Assembly (NCBI GenBank): GCA_963734545.1
Contig: CAVTHO010000007.1
Location: forward strand, 736,001-800,000
From: an uncultured Spirochaetota bacterium
Lineage (GTDB): Bacteria; Spirochaetota; Spirochaetia; SZUA-6; Fen-1364
Reading direction: 5' to 3'
DNA: 64,000 nt
Of this stretch, positions 55,958-64,000 are shown piece by piece (the first letter of the stretch is position 1; the number at the start of each line of letters is the position of its first letter). The position numbers were made by a program, and so were the translations under genes. Under the pieces are notes generated by a model, which was not told where the DNA came from, did no database searches, and saw only the letters and a program-made list of their open reading frames with translations.

Positions 55958-58742
55958 CCCTCTCCCTGTTCTCCAGCCTTATGGCCACCAGCTTCGATAC
56001 GCCGGATTCCTCCATCGTCACTCCATACAGCACATCCGCCCCGGCAACAGTGCGCTTGTTGTGCGTGATCACGATGAACTGGGAATTCAGCGAGAACTCC
56101 TTCAACAGATTCGTCAACCGGCCCACGTTCTCTTCGTCCAGCGCCGCGTCGATCTCGTCCAGGAGGCAGAATGGAGACGGCTTGACCATGAAAATCGCGA
56201 ACATGAGAGACACGCCGGTGAGCGAACGTTCACCGCCCGAGAGGAGGTTGATGTTCTCCAGCTTCTTCCCCGGGGGCTGGGCAAAGACCTCTATGCCGGA
56301 CTCGAGCGGCGCCTCGGGGTTCTCCAGGCGGAGCTCCGCCCGGCCGCCGCCGAACAGGCGGCGGAATACGGTGTGGAAGTTCTTCTTGATTTTATTGTAC
56401 GTGTCCAGGAAAAGCTCCATGGATTCCGTCCGTATCTCGGTGGTGACCTTCTTCAGGTCCTCTCGCGCATGGGTAAGATCGGACAGCTGGCCGCTGAGGA
56501 AGTCGAAACGGTCCTTTACCTCTGCGAACTCCTCCGGTGCCATCAGGTTGACCTGGCCGAGCTTCCGCATCTCTTCCCGCAGCTCTCCCAACCGCGGGCG
56601 AAGGTCGCGGTTCGGCTGCAGCTCGGGGATGCGCGTCTCGTATTCGGAGAGGTCTCTGGAAAACCGTTCAGAAAAGCTTGCATGCAGGTCCTTGATCTCC
56701 GTGCGGATCTCCGTGACTTCGATCTGCATCTTCTCGATTTCCGACTGGGCCCTGGCCAGAAGGGTGTTCTTCTGCTTGAGCTCCTCCTCCTGCGAGACGA
56801 GCTCCTTGTTCCTGCTGGATATCTCCCCTTCGAGCCCGGAAAGCTCCGAGCGGGCAGATTTCCCCTGCTCTTCGATCTGGCGGCGCTCGCCTTCCGCAGC
56901 GGCGATTCTTTGCTGGGTCTCCTTCACCCGGGTGCGGATTTCCTGGATCTCCGCCCCGACCTCCTTCAGCAGGGCTTCCTGCTCGCTCCGTTCTCGGCCG
57001 ATCCGTGCGATCTCCTGCTCCAGACCCGACTTCTGAGTCTGCAGCCGCGCGAGATTCACCCGCAGATCCTCCAGCGTCTTCCGGTATTCGTCGATCTTCT
57101 CGCGCAGACCGGAGTTTTCCCCGGCAAGCTGGTCGTTCCTCTGCCGGAGCCGCGCGATGTCAGCCGCCCTCTCCTTGATGCGCTCGTCGATGTCGCGCTT
57201 GCGCGTGATGATGCCCTGGGGAGCGAGGAACTCGTCGAGGAAGGACGGGGCGAAAGTGCGGGACCTCTGGAAGAGCTTCTCGAGGACTTCGAGCCTGTCC
57301 AGGGCTCCCTTCAACACGGCGAGGGTGCTTTGAATGAGCTTGTCGCGCTCGGATCGGGCCAGGTTTTCCACGCCGGCGGCGTCTTCCCACAGCTTCGTCT
57401 TGCCGCCGAGCTGGATGCGCAGGCTTTGGAGGGTCTCTTCGATGGACTCCTCCACCGTCCGGCGCTCGGCGGAGGAATACCCCATTTCCTTCAAACGAGC
57501 GTCGAGCTGGGTGACGATATCCTCGGTGATGGCCCGGAGCTCCACACTGAGCTGTTCAATGGCCTCCTCCTGGGCATGAGCTTTTTCCGCGTTGACGCGG
57601 ATCTCTTCCTCGTTCGTCCGCACCCGGCTGTTGCAGGCTTCTATGTCCGCGGTGAACGCCTTGATGTTTTCTTCGGTCTCTCCGATTCGTGCGCCCAGTT
57701 CCGCGAGTCCCGCCTTCCGCTTTTCCGCCTCGGCGTTCATGTCCTCGAGCTTGCGGCGTATGTTCTTTTCCCGGAGCGTGTCCGCTTCGATGTTCCGCTC
57801 CAGCTCCACGATGCGCTCGGCGTACATGCGCATCTGGCTTTCTCTCGTGGTCTTTTCCATGTCCAGTTGATAGATCTTCTTGTGGGACTCCACGAGCTGG
57901 GATTCCATCGAGTTCACCAGGTCCACCTGCCGGGCGATCGACTCGTTCACCGTGCCGATGGCGCGCGCAATGTCCTGGCGCGTCTTCATTTTTTCTTCGA
58001 GCCTGCCGTCCCTCTTCTTCTTGTCTTCCAGCAGTCCCTTGAGTCTCAGGAGCTGGATTTCCAGCTCGACCTCGAATATCTCTTCCCGGAGCGTGCGGTA
58101 TGTCTCCGCCTTCTCCGCCTGGCCCTTGAGGGAAACATAGCTGCGACGGACCTCCTCCAGAATCGCCTCGACGTGGCGTATGTTGTCCTGCGTCTTCTCG
58201 AGTTTCCGCTCGGCCTCCTGTCCCCGCACGCGGAACCGTGTTATCCCGGCGGCCTCTTCGAAGACATAGCGACGCTCCTCGGGCTTGGTGGAGAGAAGCT
58301 GATCGATCTTGCCCTGTTCCATGATCGAGTAGGCGGACTTTCCGATTCCCGTGTCGAAAAAAAGCTCGCGCACCTCACGGAGCTTCACCGGGTTGTTGTT
58401 GATGAAGTATTCGCTCTCCCCCGAGCGATAGAGTCTGCGCTTGATGGAGACTTCGGGCAGGTCCAGGGGAAGAACCTCGTCCTGGTTGGAGACGAGGAGA
58501 CTCACCTCCGCGACTCCGAGGGCTTTCCGCGTCTCACTGCCCGCGAAAATGACGTCCTGCATGGACTCCGCGCGCAGGGATTTCGACGACTGTTCGCCGA
58601 GGACCCATTTCATCGCGTCCACGACATTGCTTTTTCCGCAGCCGTTGGGGCCAAGGAGGGCGGCAACTCCGTCGGTGAACTCGATCTGGACCTTGTCGGC
58701 AAAGGACTTGAACCCGAAGATCTCGAGAGTCTTTAGAAACAC
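55929..58742 (-). CDS. smc: Chromosome segregation SMC family ATPase (short, ~937 aa)
   Basis: GFKSFAD, GPNGCGKSN, IMEQG, LSGGE, LLDEIDAALD and ITHN; GTG start at 58742. Confidence 0.93.
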   Translation of the reverse strand: MFLKTLEIFGFKSFADKVQIEFTDGVAALLGPNGCGKSNVVDAMKWVLGEQSSKSLRAESMQDVIFAGSETRKALGVAEVSLLVSNQDEVLPLDLPEVSIKRRLYRSGESEYFINNNPVKLREVRELFFDTGIGKSAYSIMEQGKIDQLLSTKPEERRYVFEEAAGITRFRVRGQEAERKLEKTQDNIRHVEAILEEVRRSYVSLKGQAEKAETYRTLREEIFEVELEIQLLRLKGLLEDKKKRDGRLEEKMKTRQDIARAIGTVNESIARQVDLVNSMESQLVESHKKIYQLDMEKTTRESQMRMYAERIVELERNIEADTLREKNIRRKLEDMNAEAEKRKAGLAELGARIGETEENIKAFTADIEACNSRVRTNEEEIRVNAEKAHAQEEAIEQLSVELRAITEDIVTQLDARLKEMGYSSAERRTVEESIEETLQSLRIQLGGKTKLWEDAAGVENLARSERDKLIQSTLAVLKGALDRLEVLEKLFQRSRTFAPSFLDEFLAPQGIITRKRDIDERIKERAADIARLRQRNDQLAGENSGLREKIDEYRKTLEDLRVNLARLQTQKSGLEQEIARIGRERSEQEALLKEVGAEIQEIRTRVKETQQRIAAAEGERRQIEEQGKSARSELSGLEGEISSRNKELVSQEEELKQKNTLLARAQSEIEKMQIEVTEIRTEIKDLHASFSERFSRDLSEYETRIPELQPNRDLRPRLGELREEMRKLGQVNLMAPEEFAEVKDRFDFLSGQLSDLTHAREDLKKVTTEIRTESMELFLDTYNKIKKNFHTVFRRLFGGGRAELRLENPEAPLESGIEVFAQPPGKKLENINLLSGGERSLTGVSLMFAIFMVKPSPFCLLDEIDAALDEENVGRLTNLLKEFSLNSQFIVITHNKRTVAGADVLYGVTMEESGVSKLVAIRLENRERGETVSAAQA

Positions 58743-58879
58743 TTCCGCTCCCAGTCGAAATGCATTATCATGCCTGGAACTTACTGAGGCTGTAGTAAAC
58801 ACCCAAACGTGGGGGTGGTCAAGGCATACGGGTTTTCGGACCCGTGCACGCGGCACCGGGATCGCGCAGGGAGCATGGA

Positions 58880-59472
58880 ATGCGGCCATTGAGAGCCACC
58901 GGAAGGCGGATCGTCTCCGACGGTTTCGTCTGCGGGATCGACGAAGCCGGGAGAGGCCCGATAGCCGGCCCGGTGACCGCCGCGGCGGTGGTCCTGCCGT
59001 CTGATTTCCCGGTCGAAATCCTCGATGACTCGAAGCTTCTCTCCCCGCGCGCAGGCGGGAGGCCGCCGCGGTGATCATGGACAGCGCGGTCTCCTGGGGC
59101 ATCGGCTGGGCGACTCACGAAGAAATCGATGCCCTGAACATCCATCGGGCCACCCTGCTCGCCATGTCGCGCGCCATGGAGGTCATGGCAGTGAAGCCGG
59201 CGCGCATTCTGGTGGACGGGCTCCATTGCCCGCCCTGCAGCGTGCCGGGCGCCGCCATCGTCAAGGGGGATGCGTCGGTGCCCGAGATAATGGCGGCCTC
59301 GATACTGGCCAAGACCGCCCGTGATGCGTGGATGGAGGAGTACGCCCGCCGGGAGCCGGAGTATCGATTCGACAGGCACAAGGGGTATCCCACCGCCGAG
59401 CACCGCAGGATCGTGCTCGAGATAGGGCCTTCCCGGATCCAGCGCCGGACTTTCAGGGTGAGCTGCCCTTGA
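58880..59472 (+). CDS. rnhB: Ribonuclease HII; frameshift at ~59050
   Basis: [15 protein letters not shown] and DDSKLLS, then EIDALNI, LVDG, VKGD...[11 protein letters not shown] and HKGYPT. Confidence 0.9.
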
Positions 59473-59686
59473 CGACCTTCACCGCCGCGTTGAACGCGTC
59501 CAGAAACGCGGCAAGGTCCTCCTTGAACACGATGACCGATCTGCGCTCGAAGCGGTCTTCTCCGCTCTTCTTGCTCTCCACGATGTCCAGGAAAACATCA
59601 CCCGTGCGATTTTCTTTTACATTGAAGAAATAGGTTCGCTTGGCCGTGTTGGCCTTGGAGGAAAAGATCTCACCCCGCGTCCCCAT
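59453..59686 (-). CDS. PUR-domain (DUF3276/BpuR-like) nucleic-acid-binding protein
   Basis: EIFS...RTYFFNVKENRTGDVFLDIVESK...FERRSVIVFKED; GAGGAGG SD. Confidence 0.85.
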   Translation of the reverse strand: MGTRGEIFSSKANTAKRTYFFNVKENRTGDVFLDIVESKKSGEDRFERRSVIVFKEDLAAFLDAFNAAVKVVKGSSP

Positions 59687-59805
59687 GTCGCACCTCCTCA
59701 CTCGATGCGCCGCCTCACGACCGCCTTCGCGCGTTCAGACTATAGCCGGGCCTCATGACGCGCGCAATGACCTCGGGTGAGCCTCACGCACCCGCGCTGC
59801 TCGCC

Positions 59806-59834
59806 TTGACGTTTCGGAGCCCCGCTGGTAAATT
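59806..59834 (+). promoter_or_regulatory. Sigma70 promoter of tRNA-Gly
   Basis: TTGACG-17 nt-TAAATT with a TGn extension. Confidence 0.7.
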
Positions 59835-59846
59835 ACCCTCGCACGC

Positions 59847-59917
59847 GCGCCCGTCGTATAACGGTAATACCCCAGCCTTCCAAGCTGGAGCAGTGGGTTC
59901 GATTCCCATCGGGCGCT
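59847..59917 (+). tRNA. tRNA-Gly(TCC); CCA not encoded
   Basis: GCGCCCG/CGGGCGC acceptor stem, CCAGC-CTTCCAA-GCTGG anticodon arm and GGTTCGATTCC T arm. Confidence 0.95.
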
Positions 59918-59941
59918 GATCGCGGCCGCCTAGCAGGAACA

Positions 59942-60715
59942 ATGGGAATTTTCCGCAGCATCAGAAGAAACCGCATTCTCAAGGAGGGCCTCCTTCCTCC
60001 GGACATCTGGACCTGGCTTGTCCAGGACCATCCGATCCTCGACGGACTCTCCGAGCCGGAGCTTGCCAGGCTCAGAGCGCTGTCCACGCTCTTTCTCCAC
60101 GAGAAGACCTTCGAAGGGGCGGACGGGCTGGAGCTCACCGATTCGATGCGGGAAGTGATCTCCGTCCAGGCCTGCCTGCCCGTGCTCGAGCTCGGGCTCG
60201 AGAAATACGAGGACTGGAAAACCGTCGTCGTGGTCCCGGACGTCTTTATTCAGGAACACACGGAGTTCGATAAGGCGGGAGTGGCCCATGAATGGGATGA
60301 GGACAACAGCGGTGAATCGTGGGACACCGGACCGGTGGTGCTATCCTGGAAGGACGTGGAGGCATCAGGATGGGGCGACGGGTACAACGTCATCATCCAC
60401 GAGGCCGCCCACCGTCTGGATCTTCTTGATGGCGAGGTGAACGGGAGACCCGCCCTGCACGAAGGGATGGATCCCCGGGAATGGCGCGAGGTTTTCTCAA
60501 AGGCCTTTCAGGACCTCAAGAGGCGCGCCGGAAGGAAAAAGCGCGGGCTTCGAATCGACGACTACGCGGTGCAGGACGATGCGGAGTTCTTCGCCGTTAC
60601 CAGTGAATACTTCTTCGAGCAGCCTGATGTCCTGCACGGTGAATACCCCGACGTCTATCGTCTTCTCAGCGCCTGGTACCTGCAGGACCCGTTGTCACGG
60701 AGGAAAGTCGGCTGA
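59942..60715 (+). CDS. MtfA-like zinc-dependent peptidase (M90)
   Basis: FLHEKTFEG, QACLPVL, GPVVLSW, NVIIHEAAHRLD and EFFAVTSEYFFE. Confidence 0.9.
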   Translation: MGIFRSIRRNRILKEGLLPPDIWTWLVQDHPILDGLSEPELARLRALSTLFLHEKTFEGADGLELTDSMREVISVQACLPVLELGLEKYEDWKTVVVVPDVFIQEHTEFDKAGVAHEWDEDNSGESWDTGPVVLSWKDVEASGWGDGYNVIIHEAAHRLDLLDGEVNGRPALHEGMDPREWREVFSKAFQDLKRRAGRKKRGLRIDDYAVQDDAEFFAVTSEYFFEQPDVLHGEYPDVYRLLSAWYLQDPLSRRKVG

Positions 60716-60734
60716 ACCCCGCGGGCGCGCAGCT

Positions 60735-60802
60735 CTATTTGCCGCCCGGCCCTATTTGCCGCCCGGCCCTATTTGCCGCCCGGCTCTATTTGCCGCCCGG
60801 CT
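60735..60802. repeat. 17-bp tandem repeat, 4 copies (CTATTTGCCGCCCGGCY), containing the stop codon of the minus-strand gene
   Basis: Copies at 60735, 60752, 60769 and 60786. Confidence 0.95.
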
Positions 60803-61016
60803 GTCCGAACCCCAGGTAGCGGCTCGCCATCCCCACAACGACGACTGTCCAGATGACAAATACGACCGCCGTCGGAAGGCGGCTCTGAAACCGCTCCATG
60901 AATCGCCTGTAGACCACGGTCAGAATGAAGACGCTTCCCCCCAGCCAGACCAGGAACGTAAGCGCCCAGCCCCATCCCACCCATTCGAGAAACCACGTCG
61001 ATATCTGGTTCATCAT
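60786..61016 (-). CDS. Small two-TM membrane protein
   Basis: Hydrophobic ORF preceded by a TTGACC-17-TAGACT promoter (61055-61027). Confidence 0.65.
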   Translation of the reverse strand: MMNQISTWFLEWVGWGWALTFLVWLGGSVFILTVVYRRFMERFQSRLPTAVVFVIWTVVVVGMASRYLGFGQPGGK

Positions 61017-61143
61017 GCTCACGGAGAGTCTAGACGCATGAAGGAGCACGGTCAAGGCGACCGGGAGGTTAAGATGATTTAATCAGCCCTTAATCGTACC
61101 ACAACCCGCCATGCGTATTTTTTCCCAGGAGGTAATAGTGAAT

Positions 61144-62583
61144 ATGACACATCGAAATTCGATTCGCGCGGCGATCGCGGCTCTTGCGCTGCTCGTCGGA
61201 ATCTCGGGACTCGCGTTCGCGGAGAGCCCGAACCAGCGGCTCACGCAGTCCTCGCCCTCCCTGCAGGCGGTGCAATCCTCATTTCGAGAGATCGCCCGGA
61301 CTGTCCTGCCCGCGGTGGTGGAGATAAACGTCACGGAAACCGTCACGCAGCAGGTCCCCCAGTTTGTCTTTCCATTCTCCGACCAGCTGCCGGGAGAGGG
61401 ACAGGGAAGGACTTTTCGACAGTCCGGCCTCGGATCCGGCATCATCGTGAAAAGGATCGGCAACACGGTCTACGTGCTCACGAACAACCACGTGGTCAAG
61501 GACGCCACGGAGGTGAGCGTCCGGCTGAACGACCAGAAAGACTTCAAGGCGAAGGTCGTGGGCACCGACGCGCGCAAGGACATTGCGCTTGTTTCTTTCG
61601 AAACGAGAGACAAGGTCACCGTTGCCGAGCTCGGAGACTCGGACAGCCTTCAGGTCGGAGATTTCACACTGGCGGTGGGAAATCCCTTCGGATTCGAGTC
61701 CACGATCACGATGGGCATTGTGAGCGCACTTGGCAGGCGCGGTCCTCAGGGGGACGCCTCTTCCTACACGGACTATATCCAGACGGATGCGGCGATCAAC
61801 CAGGGTAATTCCGGAGGCGCACTTGTCAATATCGAGGGACAGGTGGTGGGCATGAACACCTGGATCGCCGCCCCCACGGGAGGCAACATCGGGTTGGGCT
61901 TCGCAATTCCGATCAACAACGCCAGGCAGGCCATCAACGACTTCATTGCCAAGGGCAGGGTGGAATATGGGTGGCTGGGCGCGCAGATCGGCAACGTGCA
62001 GGACGATTCCACCTACCCCGGCTTTGCCCGTGATTTGAAAATAGAGGGAGTCAAGGGAGCGTTCGTTCTGAACCTTTACAAGGGATCACCGGCAGAAAAA
62101 GCCGGACTGCGTCCCGGTGACTACGTCACGAAGGTGGACAATACGCAGATTCAGAATACCGACCAGCTCACCCAGGTTGTGGGCGGTCTGAGTGCCGGCA
62201 AAGCCTCCAGCTTCGAAGTCATCCGCAATGGACAGAAGCAGACTCTTGTCGTGAAGATAGGAGCGCGCGACGACAAGGATCAGGTGGCCCAGTACAAGAA
62301 CCTCTGGCCGGGCATGACCGTGGTGAATATCACGGACCAGGTTCGCCAGGAGGCCGGCATTCCGCGGAACGTGCGGGGCGTGGTCATCGGCTATCTGCCC
62401 GACCAGGACACGCCGGCCGCAATCGCGGGCTTCCGGCCGGGGGACGTGATCACCGGCATCAATGGGAAGAGGGTCGGCACCATCATGGAATACTACAGGG
62501 CGCTCAACGACCGCGCAGGGTCCGACGTGACCTTCCAGATCACCAGGGAAGGTACCGACATCACGATCGGCCTCGGGCGGTAG
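61144..62583 (+). CDS. htrA: HtrA/DegP (Do) serine protease with two PDZ domains
   Basis: GSGII, LTNNHVV, DIAL and IQTDAAINQGNSGGAL motifs plus two PDZ domains. Confidence 0.95.
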   Translation: MTHRNSIRAAIAALALLVGISGLAFAESPNQRLTQSSPSLQAVQSSFREIARTVLPAVVEINVTETVTQQVPQFVFPFSDQLPGEGQGRTFRQSGLGSGIIVKRIGNTVYVLTNNHVVKDATEVSVRLNDQKDFKAKVVGTDARKDIALVSFETRDKVTVAELGDSDSLQVGDFTLAVGNPFGFESTITMGIVSALGRRGPQGDASSYTDYIQTDAAINQGNSGGALVNIEGQVVGMNTWIAAPTGGNIGLGFAIPINNARQAINDFIAKGRVEYGWLGAQIGNVQDDSTYPGFARDLKIEGVKGAFVLNLYKGSPAEKAGLRPGDYVTKVDNTQIQNTDQLTQVVGGLSAGKASSFEVIRNGQKQTLVVKIGARDDKDQVAQYKNLWPGMTVVNITDQVRQEAGIPRNVRGVVIGYLPDQDTPAAIAGFRPGDVITGINGKRVGTIMEYYRALNDRAGSDVTFQITREGTDITIGLGR

Positions 62584-62606
62584 AACCAGGAAGCCAAATA
62601 CTATGG

Positions 62607-62642
62607 AAGCCGGCGCAGACTGAAGCTCTGCGCCGGTTCTTC
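62607..62642. terminator. Stem-loop between convergent htrA and the CK-like gene
   Basis: GCCGGCGCAGA/TCTGCGCCGGT stem followed by TCTT. Confidence 0.65.
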
Positions 62643-62690
62643 ATCATCGGACAGGCTCACCTCGTTCCGTGGCAGGAGACAGTCAGAAGG

Positions 62691-63515
62691 CTACATCCCC
62701 GCGTAGTACGCGTATTCCACGACCTCCAGGTAGCTGACCACTTTCGCAACCCCTTCCACGGCGCCTGCAATCGCCACGCACCGGTCCATCGCGGCCGGAA
62801 AGCGCACAGCCCCGTGCAGAGAGACCACGCCCTTGTCGCACACAACGTCCAGCGTCAAGACGGGAATACGTTCCCTGTAGACGATGGCGAGAGTCACGTC
62901 CTGGGCGATGCGCAGGTCCCGCAGCATCGCTCGCGCGAGGTCGCCGGCCCCCGCGTACGTGGGCGAACGGAGAAGCGTCTCCACCATGCTGCAGATCTCC
63001 GCGGGAGTGATGGCCGCCGTGTTCACAACAAGGTCGTAGTCCGCCGGTGAGTCCCAGAGGGCATTGAAGAAGTACTTGTGGTAGCCGGCACGATCGTGAT
63101 CACTCTGGTGGACCATGCGAAGCGCGCGCTGCTCGTCTATGCCCAGGCGCTTGCAGAGGCGCGCAACCCGGACCTTGGAAGGCGCAATAATCCTCATCTT
63201 GAGCGCGCCGGGTATGCCCCGAAAGATGATGTTGGCGCCTCGCCCGACCACGATACAGTCCTTTTCCTCCGCGAACCGATACATTGCCGCCTTCATGAAT
63301 GCGAAATACCGGTCTTTTTCCAGACTGAACTGCTCCCAGAAGCCGGGCTTTTTTTCGTCATCCCGCTCGAACTGCGGTTCGGTCATGCCCAGTTTCTTGA
63401 GCAAGACTTCCAAAGACTCCTTGTCGAGCTTGGAGTAGCCAGGCATGGAAGAGAGAGTGTCCGCGATCTCGGTTCCCAGGCTTCCAAGTTCTCTCGAGAG
63501 CGTTATGATCGCCAT
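62691..63515 (-). CDS. Cytidylate kinase-like family protein with C-terminal BON domain
   Basis: IITLSRELGSLGTEIA, VVGRGANII, DHDRAGYHKYF, YDLVVNT, then GVVSLHG...AVEGVAKV. Confidence 0.85.
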   Translation of the reverse strand: MAIITLSRELGSLGTEIADTLSSMPGYSKLDKESLEVLLKKLGMTEPQFERDDEKKPGFWEQFSLEKDRYFAFMKAAMYRFAEEKDCIVVGRGANIIFRGIPGALKMRIIAPSKVRVARLCKRLGIDEQRALRMVHQSDHDRAGYHKYFFNALWDSPADYDLVVNTAAITPAEICSMVETLLRSPTYAGAGDLARAMLRDLRIAQDVTLAIVYRERIPVLTLDVVCDKGVVSLHGAVRFPAAMDRCVAIAGAVEGVAKVVSYLEVVEYAYYAGM

Positions 63516-63684
63516 GGCGAATCCCCCCTCTGTATAACAACGGAGGAGCGCAGGCTGTTACGGCGGGAAACCCGCTGCCCCGGGCGCGAGGAGGCCGGGA
63601 CTCTATGCGGCCGGTGGGTGAAGTAGTAGAATAGCGTCAGGCCGCCCCGCGCCCTGTCATGTAGTCGCGTGAAAGGAGGAGGAT

Positions 63685-64000
63685 ATGCTCCAGAAAAAAC
63701 TTCTCGCAGGTCGGAAGGTGGAAGTCACTTTCAGAATGCCGCCGCTGGAAGACATTGTGGAGCTCTATCTCTGCGGAGAATTCAACGGCTGGCAGGTCAA
63801 CGGCATTCCGTTCACTCTGGAATCGGACGGCACGTGGGTTGCCAGGGCAGTGCTGGACGCAGGGAAATCCTATCGCTTCCGGTACTATGACAACCAGGGA
63901 CGCTGGCTGAACGACAGGGAAGCCGACTCATACGTTGCGAACGACTTCGGAAGCGAAGACTCTGTCGTTGATCTGGTGATGGCCCCGGGAAAGCCTTTGA
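63685..64000 (+). CDS. Isoamylase early-set / CBM48 glycogen-binding domain protein; 3' end lies outside the window
   Basis: AGGAGGAGG SD; VEVTFR...LCGEFNGW...DGTW...L..GKSYRFRY...W.ND..AD.Y..NDFGSEDSV. Confidence 0.85.
   Translation, partial: MLQKKLLAGRKVEVTFRMPPLEDIVELYLCGEFNGWQVNGIPFTLESDGTWVARAVLDAGKSYRFRYYDNQGRWLNDREADSYVANDFGSEDSVVDLVMAPGKPL

Noticed and set aside
55821-58736. Long plus-strand ORFs antisense to real genes (971 aa opposite smc, 578 aa at 25008, 529 aa at 38281 and others)
   Set aside because: These are shadow ORFs from high-GC3 codon bias, with no recognisable motifs.
9413-59472. Frameshifts in mazG, mrdA (2), mreB, rpoD (2), aroH, the DUF5312-like gene and rnhB as pseudogenes or programmed frameshifting
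   Set aside because: They are single-base indels, several in homopolymers (G run ~20895, C run ~22060, T run ~9895), in essential or conserved genes whose motifs are intact. Long-read assembly error is the best explanation.
59847-64000. Genomic island integrated at tRNA-Gly
   Set aside because: No integrase, att duplication or mobile genes are visible, and the downstream genes look like housekeeping or stress functions.

Overview
This 64 kb window is GC-rich core chromosome of a spirochaete (Spirochaetia, Treponema-like gene content and order). The main blocks are: (1) a partial Asp-box/HAMP/SpoIIE sensor phosphatase, a large TPR protein and a UPF0164 barrel; (2) a Rex repressor fused to a NuoE-like [2Fe-2S] domain, then mazG; (3) a long minus-strand run of OmpA/FlgD-Ig protein, mltG, dnaG, rpoD, zinc-ribbon protein, rnpB, TPR protein, mreBCD, mrdA, rodA and a radical SAM protein; (4) tRNA-Thr/Tyr, map, glgA, aroH and an Fe-ADH; (5) flaB, cca, rnc, acpP, rpmF and coaD; (6) ffh-rpsP-khpA-rimM-trmD-rplS followed by flagellar/c-di-GMP accessory genes; (7) smc, rnhB, tRNA-Gly, mtfA and htrA. 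I saw no integrase, transposase, CRISPR array or rRNA. About nine single-base frameshifts in conserved genes, several essential, are most likely long-read indel errors. The most notable observations are the Rex-[2Fe-2S] fusion; a dispersed family of short GC hairpins with NNTA loops, tandemly amplified at gene ends and possibly inside an enlarged (~490 nt) RNase P RNA; tandem duplications spanning stop codons; several apparently leaderless promoters; and an unannotated FlgM-like 46-aa ORF. All family assignments come from motif recognition, not database searches.
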